Part shown: in pieces, positions 46,433 through 55,804 of the stretch
Numbering within the stretch: the first letter of the stretch is position 1
Layout of the letters: every line of letters starts with the position of its first letter
Virus record (IMG/VR): IMGVR_UViG_3300023181_000026
Coordinates: 67,612 to 131,611 of that record
From: a virus
DNA: 64,000 nt
Strand: one strand, 5' to 3'
Notes under the pieces: model-generated
What the model saw: only the letters and a program-made list of their open reading frames with translations
What the model was told of the DNA's origin: nothing
Databases searched by the model: none
Program-made: the position numbers and the translations under genes

Positions 46433-47326
46433 ATGAGTAAAAATCTGTATTACAAAATACAAACACTGCCACAGACAGCAGAACTAAAGACTGAATCAAG
46501 AGAATTCAGTATATTTAGAAATAAGAATAGAGACTTAAAGACAGGAGAATTACTATCTGAAAAAGACACCTTAGAGCTTTATTATAAGAGTGCGGGGAAA
46601 AACCCTCTTGTAGGGGCTATTTACAGTCTATCAGTTGGGTTCGTAGATGAAGAAAGTCAAGTAATAAGGGTTAAGGTTTTTAAGGGATCTGAGAGGTCTA
46701 TTCTACAATCTTTTATCAATACTTGTAATGATGAGTTCTTTAAGGGGTTTAAATTAACAAGTTTTAATTTCTCTTTTATTCTGCCGTTTCTAAGAAGTAG
46801 AATGCTTATAAATGGTATGAAGTTAGAATTACCTGATGGACTTATAGATATAGGACGCAAACCTTGGACTATCAGCGGGTTAGACGTACAAGATCAATAT
46901 AAAGGAGTAGGGTGGTATCAGAATTCTTTAGAAGAATTGGCTTATATATGTGGACTAGATACTGATTTTATTAAAGGAGAGGATGTTTATTCGGTTTTTT
47001 TAGAAGGCGGCGAAAAACAATTAGAACAGAGTATTATAAATGAAACTATTGCTTTAATAAACTGCCACAGAATTATAATAGGAGAAGAAAAGTGTGAAGA
47101 ATATACCTCTAAAGTTGAGTTAGTTGGAGAGGTTGAAGAAAAGAAATTAGGTTTAATGGATAGAATCTTCGCAAAAGGAGAGCTTACAAAAGATTTAGAA
47201 AAAGAGCTTCTAGATAAGATAAAAGACTATTCTAAAGAAGAAAAACAAGAAGTGGTTGAAATTCTTAAAGGCACTTTAGGTACAAGAAAAGTAAATGCGG
47301 CATTAATTAAAAGAATTATAAAATAG
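46433..47326 (+). CDS. PolB-exonuclease-like protein with catalytic residues lost
   Basis: LYYKIQTLP (FFDIETVP-like), FNFSFILPFL, GRKPW and SLEELAYICG motifs. Confidence 0.65.
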   Translation: MSKNLYYKIQTLPQTAELKTESREFSIFRNKNRDLKTGELLSEKDTLELYYKSAGKNPLVGAIYSLSVGFVDEESQVIRVKVFKGSERSILQSFINTCNDEFFKGFKLTSFNFSFILPFLRSRMLINGMKLELPDGLIDIGRKPWTISGLDVQDQYKGVGWYQNSLEELAYICGLDTDFIKGEDVYSVFLEGGEKQLEQSIINETIALINCHRIIIGEEKCEEYTSKVELVGEVEEKKLGLMDRIFAKGELTKDLEKELLDKIKDYSKEEKQEVVEILKGTLGTRKVNAALIKRIIK

Positions 47327-47971
47327 ATGATAGTATTACCTAAAAAGAAAAAGATTAATGGAGAAGAGAGTTTTTATTTATCTTATTCTCAAATATCATC
47401 ATATTTAAAATATAAAAAGGATTATTATTCTTCATATTTTTACGGGACACCTTTTACAGGCAACTCTTATACAAAATTTGGAGGAAATATAGGAGAAGCT
47501 TTAGAAAAGAATGATTTTTCTCAATATGACCAAGAAGAAAGAGTATTTTTAGCTAGTTTGCCGAGATATGATGAATTTGAAAGAGAAATAAATCTTAAAT
47601 TGCCTAACGGTGTGTATGTTACAGGATTTATAGATTCAAATACAAAATGCCTTAGTAAGATACTAGATTATAAAACGGGAAGCGAATCAAAGAAGACAGA
47701 GTATGATGACCCAATGAAGTATTTACAAATACCTTTATATGCGGCGGCAATAGAGCAAGAGACAGGAATTATTCCAGAAGATTGCAAAGTTGTTTTGATA
47801 GGGAGATCAGGAAACGGCTTTAATAATGAAGAGTTAAAACTTACAAAAGAGCATTGGATAATAGAACTTTCTGTTAACAAGAAAGAAGTAGAAAATGCAA
47901 TAAAAGTTGCAACAGAAGTTTCAGAACAAATATCAAAAGAATATCAGCTATTTAAAAAACTTAACTCATAA
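47327..47971 (+). CDS. PD-(D/E)XK nuclease (Cas4/RecB-like)
   Basis: LSYSQIS, TGFIDS, ILDYKTG and QIPLYA motifs. Confidence 0.85.
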   Translation: MIVLPKKKKINGEESFYLSYSQISSYLKYKKDYYSSYFYGTPFTGNSYTKFGGNIGEALEKNDFSQYDQEERVFLASLPRYDEFEREINLKLPNGVYVTGFIDSNTKCLSKILDYKTGSESKKTEYDDPMKYLQIPLYAAAIEQETGIIPEDCKVVLIGRSGNGFNNEELKLTKEHWIIELSVNKKEVENAIKVATEVSEQISKEYQLFKKLNS

Positions 47972-47977
47972 TCAAGA

Positions 47978-48208
47978 ATGGAAACAATAGAAGGAGATGT
48001 TAAATCACAGCCAGTTGATAAAAAGCCTAAATCTAAGATAAAAATAGACATATCTTTTATAAGATGGGTAATAGGAATGACAATAGCTTTTCTTTCAATA
48101 AGCCCTATAGTAAATGAGGTTAATTGGGTTAGGTGGTTAGCGGGAATAGTTTTAGCAACTTGTATTAACGGAACAATAAGAATTAAAAACATTAAAATAA
48201 AATTTTAG
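47978..48208 (+). CDS. Small membrane protein
   Basis: Two TM segments. Confidence 0.6.
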   Translation: METIEGDVKSQPVDKKPKSKIKIDISFIRWVIGMTIAFLSISPIVNEVNWVRWLAGIVLATCINGTIRIKNIKIKF

Positions 48209-48212
48209 CATA

Positions 48213-48683
48213 ATGAAAAAACTAACAATAATAATAGCATTACTTTTATCATACATCTGTAATGCTCAATTAGGTTCAGATGTAACACAGGTTAATGTCA
48301 TTCTTTCTGAGTCGGCGAGCATAGAAGTGATGCACAACACTGTAAACTTAGTAGTAGACACTGCTGATAAATATGAGAATGGTACTAATAGTAATTTACC
48401 TTCTCACTTAAAAATAACCTCTACAGTAGATTATCAGCTGAATATGCAGCTTAGTAGTAATTTTACTGATGGTTCTAATTCTATTGCGGCGAATAAAGTG
48501 AATGTAACAGTTCAAGAACAAACAGTTGCTTTAAATACTAACCAAACTAATCTTCTTCCTTCAAATGCAGCCTGTATAGCAAGGTATTTAGATGTTAACT
48601 ATACTTTGGAAGGTGGAAATCATTTACTTCTTCCTGCCTCCACTTATACAGCTCAATTAACTTACACCTTAATGCCGCAATAA
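48213..48683 (+). CDS. Secreted fimbrial/pilin-like beta-sandwich protein
   Basis: Signal peptide (CNA-Q), beta-rich body, terminal STYTAQLTYTLMPQ strand. Confidence 0.55.
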   Translation: MKKLTIIIALLLSYICNAQLGSDVTQVNVILSESASIEVMHNTVNLVVDTADKYENGTNSNLPSHLKITSTVDYQLNMQLSSNFTDGSNSIAANKVNVTVQEQTVALNTNQTNLLPSNAACIARYLDVNYTLEGGNHLLLPASTYTAQLTYTLMPQ

Positions 48684-48685
48684 AA

Positions 48686-49240
48686 ATGATACTAGACAAA
48701 ACACAAAAAGCCTATGAAGATATATTAAATCTTCTTGAAAAACACAAAGGTTTGCATAGCTATGATGTAGAGAATCTTAAACAGAAATCTCAAAACCACC
48801 TATTCGGCCTAAAACTGAAAGAAACCTACGGACTTGAAATAAATGAAAAGGCTATATCTTCAACAACTTGGAACACCTTTGGAGATTATAGAAGTATAGG
48901 AATGTGGGGAGAAAAATACAGAAGAACAATAAGTTGGTCAGTGGATGGGAGGCAACCAGATGATGAAATGCTTTTAAAGATAGGATTCTCTACAGGAGCA
49001 TATATGTTTGGTCAAGACTACCCTAAAGAAATATTCACGCAATTTTGGCAAGATTTAAGATCTTATAGTCCTAAATATACAGATGAAGTTAATAATTGTC
49101 TTTATTTTGACTTAGAAAACGCGGCAGAAGTTTTTAATAATTTTGATAAAATCTTAGCAAAACATAGAGAAATTAATAATGAGGACGCTAAAGTTAGGAG
49201 AAGAAAACAATTAGAGGCAGAGTTAGAAAAATTAAAATAG
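48686..49240 (+). CDS. Hypothetical protein
   Basis: 184-aa co-directional ORF. Confidence 0.7.
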   Translation: MILDKTQKAYEDILNLLEKHKGLHSYDVENLKQKSQNHLFGLKLKETYGLEINEKAISSTTWNTFGDYRSIGMWGEKYRRTISWSVDGRQPDDEMLLKIGFSTGAYMFGQDYPKEIFTQFWQDLRSYSPKYTDEVNNCLYFDLENAAEVFNNFDKILAKHREINNEDAKVRRRKQLEAELEKLK

Positions 49241-49267
49241 GTATAAAATGAAACTAAAAGAAATAGT

Positions 49268-49603
49268 ATGAGTGTAAAAACAGGATTAAACGATGAGCAA
49301 GTAAAATACATAACAGACTTTGCTTTAGAAGAAGGGTATGTAGAGGCAGATTTTTCCGAGGATGATTTTTATGAATATCTCAGAGAATGCGATAAAGTTG
49401 GTGAAGTTGATAATGATGAAAGAAGGCATTGGGAAGAGTACATTTCAATTGTAGAGATAGGTGGAAGATACTTTGGCTTTCATGATGCACACAGTAGCGG
49501 CGATATGTCTGCAAGAGAAAAAGGTTTTGAACCAGATGATATGATATCCGAATATGAGCCACAAGAAATAAAAACAATAACTTATAAATTAAAGAAAGTA
49601 TAA
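49268..49603 (+). CDS. Acidic hypothetical protein
   Basis: Co-directional ORF. Confidence 0.65.
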   Translation: MSVKTGLNDEQVKYITDFALEEGYVEADFSEDDFYEYLRECDKVGEVDNDERRHWEEYISIVEIGGRYFGFHDAHSSGDMSAREKGFEPDDMISEYEPQEIKTITYKLKKV

Positions 49604-49604
49604 A

Positions 49605-50096
49605 ATGAAAAAATTATTAGTATTAGGAGCATTAGCTTTGGTGTTCGTTTCGGTGTCAACTGTTATGGTTGTAAAAAGTATTCAGTTTGATAAAGCTTGT
49701 GCGGGATTTTTAGAAAGAGCTTCTAATGCGACTACTACAGAAACAGCTTTAGCCGAACTTAAAAAAGCAACCACTTATTTAGAAGGAAATAAGCTAACCG
49801 CAGGATATACATCAGTTCTTTGGCAAACACCAGATGAAGATATAAATTTTTGGTATACAAACATTAAATCGGCGGAAAAAGAATTAGAAAAAGTAGACTC
49901 TAAAACAACAGCATTAGAAAAGACCAACATATTGATGAAGTTAAGAGAAACTTTAATTGAAAAAGGAGATAAATCAGACCGTGTCTCAGTACCTAGAGGT
50001 CTTTCTAGATATCCAAATAATTTACCTCTTGGGGCACTTTGGTTATTATCGTTAATTCCTATGATAATCTTAATTGTTATTTGGAGTAAAGAATAA
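49605..50096 (+). CDS. Membrane protein
   Basis: N- and C-terminal TM segments. Confidence 0.7.
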   Translation: MKKLLVLGALALVFVSVSTVMVVKSIQFDKACAGFLERASNATTTETALAELKKATTYLEGNKLTAGYTSVLWQTPDEDINFWYTNIKSAEKELEKVDSKTTALEKTNILMKLRETLIEKGDKSDRVSVPRGLSRYPNNLPLGALWLLSLIPMIILIVIWSKE

Positions 50097-50133
50097 CAAA
50101 ATTTATTAACTCACTAATTTTATCTGTTATCTA

Positions 50134-50165
50134 TTTGTGAGAATGAAATAAAAGATTTATATTTG
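50134..50165 (+). promoter_or_regulatory. Bacteroidota sigma-A promoter
   Basis: TTTG 50134-37, 20-bp spacer, TATATTTG 50158-65. Confidence 0.8.
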
Positions 50166-50170
50166 CTCTT

Positions 50171-50290
50171 ATAAATTAGGCGACCATAGACAAAGAGTGG
50201 CGCGGTAAACGATAGCCTTGTAATGAGGGTCGAGTTATCAAAAAAATAAAGAGAGTAAGTTGCTTCCCCCGAGCTTCTTCTCTCTTTTTT
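50171..50290 (+). ncRNA. Candidate ~120-nt small RNA/attenuator with pseudoknot potential
   Basis: GC-rich; CGACC/GGTCG, GATAGC/GTTATC and CCT/AGG pairings; ends in a terminator. Confidence 0.55.
50248..50290 (+). terminator. Intrinsic terminator
   Basis: AAAGAGAG/CTCTCTTT stem plus T-run. Confidence 0.7.
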
Positions 50291-50318
50291 AATGCAAAAT
50301 TAATTAAACACATAATAA

Positions 50319-50567
50319 ATGAAAGCAGTTTACGAAAAATATTGCGGGAAAGAAATTAAAACAGGAAATTACAGCGGACAAGTAGCAGGATACAGTGAAG
50401 ACAAAGTTATTCTAGCTGTTGAAGGTAATCCTATACCTTCATTTAAAAGACTAGATAAAGATTCTTGGGTTGAAGATCAATGGAGAGCAGGAAATCATCG
50501 TTTTGTCTATTCTGATGAATCGGCTATTGAACGTTATTTAGGAGTGAAAGGTATGTATGGCAAATAA
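50319..50567 (+). CDS. Hypothetical protein
   Basis: Co-directional ORF. Confidence 0.65.
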   Translation: MKAVYEKYCGKEIKTGNYSGQVAGYSEDKVILAVEGNPIPSFKRLDKDSWVEDQWRAGNHRFVYSDESAIERYLGVKGMYGK

Positions 50568-50913
50568 AGGATGGTATAGCTTACAGGATATTTCAGATTT
50601 GAGTGAATTAAAGTTTGATAATGTTTATTATCGCGCGCGGAAACTAAAATTAAAACCAAGAAGAATATCTCACGCTCATTATTATAATGAGCAGCAAAAA
50701 GAAGCTATTATAAACTATATTCCGCATAAAAAACCGAATCAAAAAAACAATAGAAAGAAAATAACTTATATAGAGTTTTTCTTTAAACAAGGTACAGCTA
50801 CAAAAGTTGCAGAAACGTTAAATACAAGTAGATACTATGTGCAACTGGCAGTTGAAGAGTGGTATAAAGATGGTTGTATCACTGTAGAAAGTAAGATGAA
50901 TAATGAGAGATAA
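50557..50913 (+). CDS. HTH-containing protein
   Basis: YSLQDISDLSELKFDNVYYRARKL and TATKVAETLNTSRYYV helix-turn-helix-like segments. Confidence 0.6.
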   Translation: MANKGWYSLQDISDLSELKFDNVYYRARKLKLKPRRISHAHYYNEQQKEAIINYIPHKKPNQKNNRKKITYIEFFFKQGTATKVAETLNTSRYYVQLAVEEWYKDGCITVESKMNNER

Positions 50914-51262
50914 AGATAAAATATTAGAAGCAGCGTTATCAACAACTATAATAATGCAAATATTATGTCAGGAGTTAGAATTATTACCTCCTACATTATC
51001 GCGCAAAAAAGTTAAAAAGCTAAGTAATGAACTGATAAGAGAACTATCTCCTATAATAGAAACTTATTTCGACAGAATGTTCTTCACAGATGAAGAAATT
51101 ACTCAAACTATAACAGGAGAATATGAAGATCTTATAAAACTATTAGCTGGTAAAGGTATTCAGAGTAAAGTGTTTATTAAACAAGCACTACAAGCTCATT
51201 CTATAGATTATCAAAAAGCAGAATCGGTTATACAGGATATTATAATTAATGAAACAGAATAA
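50903..51262 (+). CDS. Hypothetical protein
   Basis: Co-directional ORF. Confidence 0.65.
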   Translation: MRDKDKILEAALSTTIIMQILCQELELLPPTLSRKKVKKLSNELIRELSPIIETYFDRMFFTDEEITQTITGEYEDLIKLLAGKGIQSKVFIKQALQAHSIDYQKAESVIQDIIINETE

Positions 51263-51378
51263 ATCAAAAGTAGAATATACCTACTATTTTTCAGAATCAG
51301 TTGCAGTATTTCCATTATTTATTGGAAGTTAGGTAGTAGAATTTGTATAAGTGCAGTAAAAAATGTTAAAATTAACTT

Positions 51379-51416
51379 AAAGAGAGCTTAATAGTTCTCT
51401 TTTTTATTTATATTTG
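51379..51416 (+). terminator. Terminator immediately followed by a -7 promoter element
   Basis: AAGAGAG/TTCTCTT stem plus T-run, then TATATTTG 51409-16. Confidence 0.6.
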
Positions 51417-51481
51417 CTTTAAAACAAGAGAGTTTGACAAAATTGGAAAATAAAATAGTAATACTTTTAAAGATTTAGATT

Positions 51482-51871
51482 ATGGAAGAAACAGCGAAAC
51501 AAAAATCAATACGTGAAGCATACGGAGAAACCTGGAATAGCTTTAAAAATAATGTTGACAGTAACGGGTGGATACATGATAGAGATTTCTGGGGGCGTTG
51601 GCCTGAAAATACAGGCGTTATAAAATGGGAAACAACAGACCATGATGATGAATATTACGACACCCGAAGACCTGTTATACTTAAGGGTATAGAAAAAAAC
51701 AACGGATGGATTTCTATTAACTCAAAAGAAGATCTACCTGACCACACAGCAGAAAGACATGTTAGATGCAAGGATGGAGACATATTAATATTGTTAGCTA
51801 CACCAAATTATCTTCTAAAGAATTGCACCCACTATCAAGAATTAAAAACAATTTTACCCCCAATTTATTAA
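51482..51871 (+). CDS. Hypothetical protein
   Basis: C-terminal GWISI...DLP...THY motif common in phage proteins. Confidence 0.65.
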   Translation: MEETAKQKSIREAYGETWNSFKNNVDSNGWIHDRDFWGRWPENTGVIKWETTDHDDEYYDTRRPVILKGIEKNNGWISINSKEDLPDHTAERHVRCKDGDILILLATPNYLLKNCTHYQELKTILPPIY

Positions 51872-51874
51872 ACC

Positions 51875-52336
51875 GTGAACAAAATTAAAACCCTTATACC
51901 CCTTAGTGAGTTTGTTTCTAAAATAGATGAAATATGTCCTATTGAAATACATGAAATGGATTATGATCACCAGGGAAGACAACTTCAACTAATAAAAAGA
52001 TATAATGAATTTCTTTTACAAAAATTAGAACTAGGTATGTTTATTCCTGTCGATGCCAATAATAATCCTACAGAAGATATTTCTAATGAAGGTTCTTTTG
52101 CCACCGCTTATTATAATGAAGCTAAGTCCAAAGTAATTTTTGAGGAATTTTATACAAAACAGTTATATCCCCCTTCAAAATCTTTTCAAGTTACAGATTT
52201 AAATGACCAACAAATATGTATATATAAAGATAGACCCGATTATTTTATTTGGAATTATGAAACTTTGGAAGATTTAACTAAACTTAATCTGGGGTTAACA
52301 GAAACAGGTTTAAAACAAATCTATGGAACTATATAA
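51875..52336 (+). CDS. Hypothetical protein
   Basis: GTG-start co-directional ORF. Confidence 0.65.
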   Translation: MNKIKTLIPLSEFVSKIDEICPIEIHEMDYDHQGRQLQLIKRYNEFLLQKLELGMFIPVDANNNPTEDISNEGSFATAYYNEAKSKVIFEEFYTKQLYPPSKSFQVTDLNDQQICIYKDRPDYFIWNYETLEDLTKLNLGLTETGLKQIYGTI

Positions 52337-52495
52337 AAACATGATACTACCTTCTTTAGTATGCGCAATAGCTTCTGCTTTCTTCTGTTATAAGTATTTA
52401 AGCGGGAGTAAGAAAAATGAGGAGATAACTTTCTGTCTATTTCTTCTGTTTTTTGTGGCGACATTTTTAATAATAGTAATAGATATAAGTAAATT

Positions 52496-52876
52496 ATGAG
52501 AGATTATAAATTTAGAGCGTGGGATGATTTAAATAAAAGATGGCTATTAGGCTATGAATATTTAAAATTAGGCGGTTTTTCTATGAAGGGAGAAGTTATG
52601 GTGTTTGGAGAATATTCTAATATGCTGAATTCTTTTAGGATGGAAAATTGGGATAAAATCATACTAATGGATTTTTCGGGCAAAAAAGATAAAAACGGAA
52701 AAGAAATATACTTAGGAGACATTAATCAAGATGGAGGAGTATTAATATGGAATCCAGATGATGCTTCTTTCTGTTGGGAATATAAGGATGTTGAAACTCA
52801 ACCTATGGGAGAAGAAGAATTATGGTGCATAATAACAGGAAATATTTATGAAAATCCAGAACTTTTAAAACAGTAA
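52496..52876 (+). CDS. YopX family protein
   Basis: MRDYKFRAWD, MDFSGKKDKNGKEIYLGDI and IITGNIYENPELL. Confidence 0.9.
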   Translation: MRDYKFRAWDDLNKRWLLGYEYLKLGGFSMKGEVMVFGEYSNMLNSFRMENWDKIILMDFSGKKDKNGKEIYLGDINQDGGVLIWNPDDASFCWEYKDVETQPMGEEELWCIITGNIYENPELLKQ

Positions 52877-52878
52877 TT

Positions 52879-53097
52879 ATGGCAACAGTAGAAGATTGGG
52901 AGTTAGAAGAAGCAATGATTTATTGGTTTGAACATTTTGATAAAAACGGTTACAGACATGTTTATGGTGAAACATCTTGGGAAAAAGTTGTAGAACTTTA
53001 TTTTGAAGAAGCTTTAGATAAGACTTTAAACGATTTGCCTGAAATGTCGGATGAAGAAAACGATGCTATTATAGACAGAATAAATAAAATGTTTTAA
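52879..53097 (+). CDS. Hypothetical protein
   Basis: Co-directional ORF. Confidence 0.6.
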   Translation: MATVEDWELEEAMIYWFEHFDKNGYRHVYGETSWEKVVELYFEEALDKTLNDLPEMSDEENDAIIDRINKMF

Positions 53098-53143
53098 TAA
53101 CGATAAACAAATCTATTAATAAGTTAAGGTTATTTATTATCTA

Positions 53144-53175
53144 TTTGGTAGATATATTATATAGTTGTATTTTTG
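53144..53175 (+). promoter_or_regulatory. Bacteroidota sigma-A promoter
   Basis: TTTG 53144-47, 20-bp spacer, TATTTTTG 53168-75. Confidence 0.75.
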
Positions 53176-53332
53176 CTTTATATTATTTCTGTCATTATTT
53201 TGCGCTTAGTCGCTTTATTGGGCGGATTTTAAAATTACACATAAGTTTTTCTGGTTCGCACACAGTTTAAACTAAAATATAAATCTAATATTATTGAGAC
53301 TAATTATTAGAGCAAAGGTTTTTAAAATAAGC

Positions 53333-53374
53333 CCCTTGTAAGTAGATGTCTCAAGTCTATTACAAGGGTTTTTT
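53333..53374 (+). terminator. Long terminator/attenuator hairpin just upstream of the ORF at 53381
   Basis: CCCTTGTAA-TAGA/TCTA-TTACAAGGG stem plus T6. Confidence 0.75.
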
Positions 53375-53380
53375 CGTTAT

Positions 53381-54298
53381 ATGATAGTAGGTAAAAAAGT
53401 ACATGTAAACACTAATTTATATCCTGAGCTTAACAAGGCTGGCGGAGATAGATTAATTGCGTTTTACTGTCACCTAAAAGCCGCTAAAGGACGAGAAAAT
53501 AGAATAAAGCCTATAATCACAGCAAATGGCAGAGTAATAAAACATCTAAATCTTATAAGAAAAGTTACAGGTTCTACAAAATCTACCTGTTCTAAATACA
53601 TTTCTAAGTTAGAAGAACTAGGACTGTGTAATTTCTCTAAAGACGGAGGTTTTTATTTGATGGGTAATAACAAAACCCAAGCCAAGTACGAAAGTAAATT
53701 TAGAGTAACAATAACCGTAGGAAATAATCTGGCAGAGACAGCCTTATTATCTTACGCGGTTAGAATAAAAGCATTAGAAAAGAAACAGCAAGAAAGCATA
53801 AAGATAAAACAATTTCAGACTCAACTAATTTCAAGAATTGACCAAAATATCCAAGTATCATTTGAAGATTATAAGGTTTATAAAAAACTAAGTAAGGATC
53901 AAAAGAGTTTAGATAAATTGGACAAGTACTGCGACAAAGTTGTCTTATCAAGAATGGGTTTTGCAAAATATAAAGACGGATCTAAAAATAGTAACAGTAA
54001 AGGATATTATTGGAAAACTAAATTAAAATCGGCGGGAATAATAAAAACCCGAAGAAATAATAAGTTTATCATGAAGTGCTCCAAGTGGCAATACAACCTA
54101 ATAAAACAGGAAGAACGTAACCCACGCTACAATTATTATAAAGGAGCAATGTATGAGGAGAGAATATCAGAATTTACCTGTGCTTCTTTCTCAGATGTTG
54201 TTAAGCCTTTAGAGATAGCTAAGACTAAGGATAAGATGAAACCTAAAGAGTACTTAGGGTTTGACTTCCTTGCCTTCTTAGTGAACCAGCCGCAATAA
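53381..54298 (+). CDS. Basic wHTH-containing protein (Rep/regulator-like)
   Basis: IRKVTGSTKSTCSKYISKLEELGLC wHTH; very Lys-rich. Confidence 0.55.
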   Translation: MIVGKKVHVNTNLYPELNKAGGDRLIAFYCHLKAAKGRENRIKPIITANGRVIKHLNLIRKVTGSTKSTCSKYISKLEELGLCNFSKDGGFYLMGNNKTQAKYESKFRVTITVGNNLAETALLSYAVRIKALEKKQQESIKIKQFQTQLISRIDQNIQVSFEDYKVYKKLSKDQKSLDKLDKYCDKVVLSRMGFAKYKDGSKNSNSKGYYWKTKLKSAGIIKTRRNNKFIMKCSKWQYNLIKQEERNPRYNYYKGAMYEERISEFTCASFSDVVKPLEIAKTKDKMKPKEYLGFDFLAFLVNQPQ

Positions 54299-54336
54299 TT
54301 ATATACTTGAAATTAGTTGAGAGTAATAAAGTAACA

Positions 54337-54360
54337 CTTCAAGTAAGAGGTGGATTTTTT
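54337..54360 (+). terminator. Putative terminator
   Basis: CACTTC/GAGGTG stem followed by GATTTTTT. Confidence 0.55.
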
Positions 54361-54427
54361 ATGTCAAAAAGTGAAATAAATGTTAAATAAAGTAAATCTT
54401 AAAAAGAATTAAATTACATTTGTAACT

Positions 54428-54709
54428 ATGAAAGATTATCAGTTTGTTCATGACACTAATGAGTATGTCAGAGAAAATTACCCTAAAATCACGTTAGAAC
54501 AAGTCAAAGTTCTTATAGATAGCGGAGTGGTAAGAAGATTTAGAAAACTAAGAAAGCCCAGAACATTATATGTTAATGAAAAGAACGGAGCTATATTATA
54601 CTACGAATATACACAAGAGAAATTTAAAATGGCGTATTACTTCATAGATCCGAATCATCCAAAGGAAATAGAATATCAAAATAGTTTAAAACAAAAATCT
54701 GTAAAATAA
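54428..54709 (+). CDS. Hypothetical protein
   Basis: Preceded by TACATTTG 54415-22. Confidence 0.65.
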   Translation: MKDYQFVHDTNEYVRENYPKITLEQVKVLIDSGVVRRFRKLRKPRTLYVNEKNGAILYYEYTQEKFKMAYYFIDPNHPKEIEYQNSLKQKSVK

Positions 54710-54914
54710 TAATACTCTAATCGGAAATAAACCGATTATCTAATTAAAAATACAACATGAAAACTTTATATTCAATTTTACTTATAGTAGGTATAATGAT
54801 ATGGTCATCGAATTTTATAGATTGGATTAATGAGGGAGATTATTTTTTAGCTGCCTTAAGTTCTTTTATAACAGCTACATTAACTACTACTTTAATAAAC
54901 ATACATAAAATAAA

Positions 54915-55256
54915 ATGGGAACAATAAAACACGACACTGTTATAATAACAGGAGAAGATTATACAGAGGTAGATACAGCTTATAAAAAAGCTATCGAATT
55001 ATTTATAGAGAACTTTGATGAAAATCAATACATAGATCCTGAAAAAATAGTAAGTCCTATTATAAGAGGATTAGCTAATGACCAATATAGTTTCTTCCTA
55101 GCACCTGATGGTTCAAAAGAAGGTTGGGAGACTTCCGATATAGCTGACGAAGTAAGGGAAGTATTCTTGAATTATTTAGATACCACTTCATTAGATTATG
55201 TTCATATTAAATTTGGCGGCGATACAAACAAAACAACTGTAGAAAGATTTAAATAA
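54915..55256 (+). CDS. Hypothetical protein
   Basis: APDGSKEGW motif; co-directional. Confidence 0.7.
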   Translation: MGTIKHDTVIITGEDYTEVDTAYKKAIELFIENFDENQYIDPEKIVSPIIRGLANDQYSFFLAPDGSKEGWETSDIADEVREVFLNYLDTTSLDYVHIKFGGDTNKTTVERFK

Positions 55257-55804
55257 TGAAAAAATGTACTTTCACTGAAGACGAAATTCTAAGAATACTT
55301 CATGACAGAATGAGATATACTATGGGATTTGATTATGATGACAAAACTACTTTAGAGTGGTGGGCGGCAATGGAAGAAAAAGGAATGATAAATGAACAAA
55401 CAAGAAATAATTAAACAGATTAATATAGGTATAGACCAGATATCCAAAAGACAAGAGATTTGTTTAAACAGTGTAAGATATGATAAACTGGAAAGTTTTA
55501 AAGATGGTTTATATTACTGTCTAGGGCTAATTATAAATACAGAATAATGGAAGTACTTGATTTATATTTAGTAGTATCTTATCTTTACATGTTAGGAGTA
55601 ACTTTTGGTAATTTTTCAAATGGTTCTGATATTGGACTGTCTGACATAATTTATCTAGTTCTTTCCCCAATAATATTTCCTGTGCATGTTGGCTATTTTG
55701 CCACAAAAGAAAAATAAATGAATTGTTAAATTTATCATAACGGGCTATATAGGCTCGTTTTTTATTTGTAGATTTGTCTTAAGAAAATTAAAAAATATAC
55801 AATT

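Noticed and set aside
50179-50240. Assignment to c-di-GMP-I riboswitch or HDV/theta ribozyme
   Set aside because: No GNRA tetraloop/receptor, no P1.1 or P4, and no catalytic C; only the topology or short words match.
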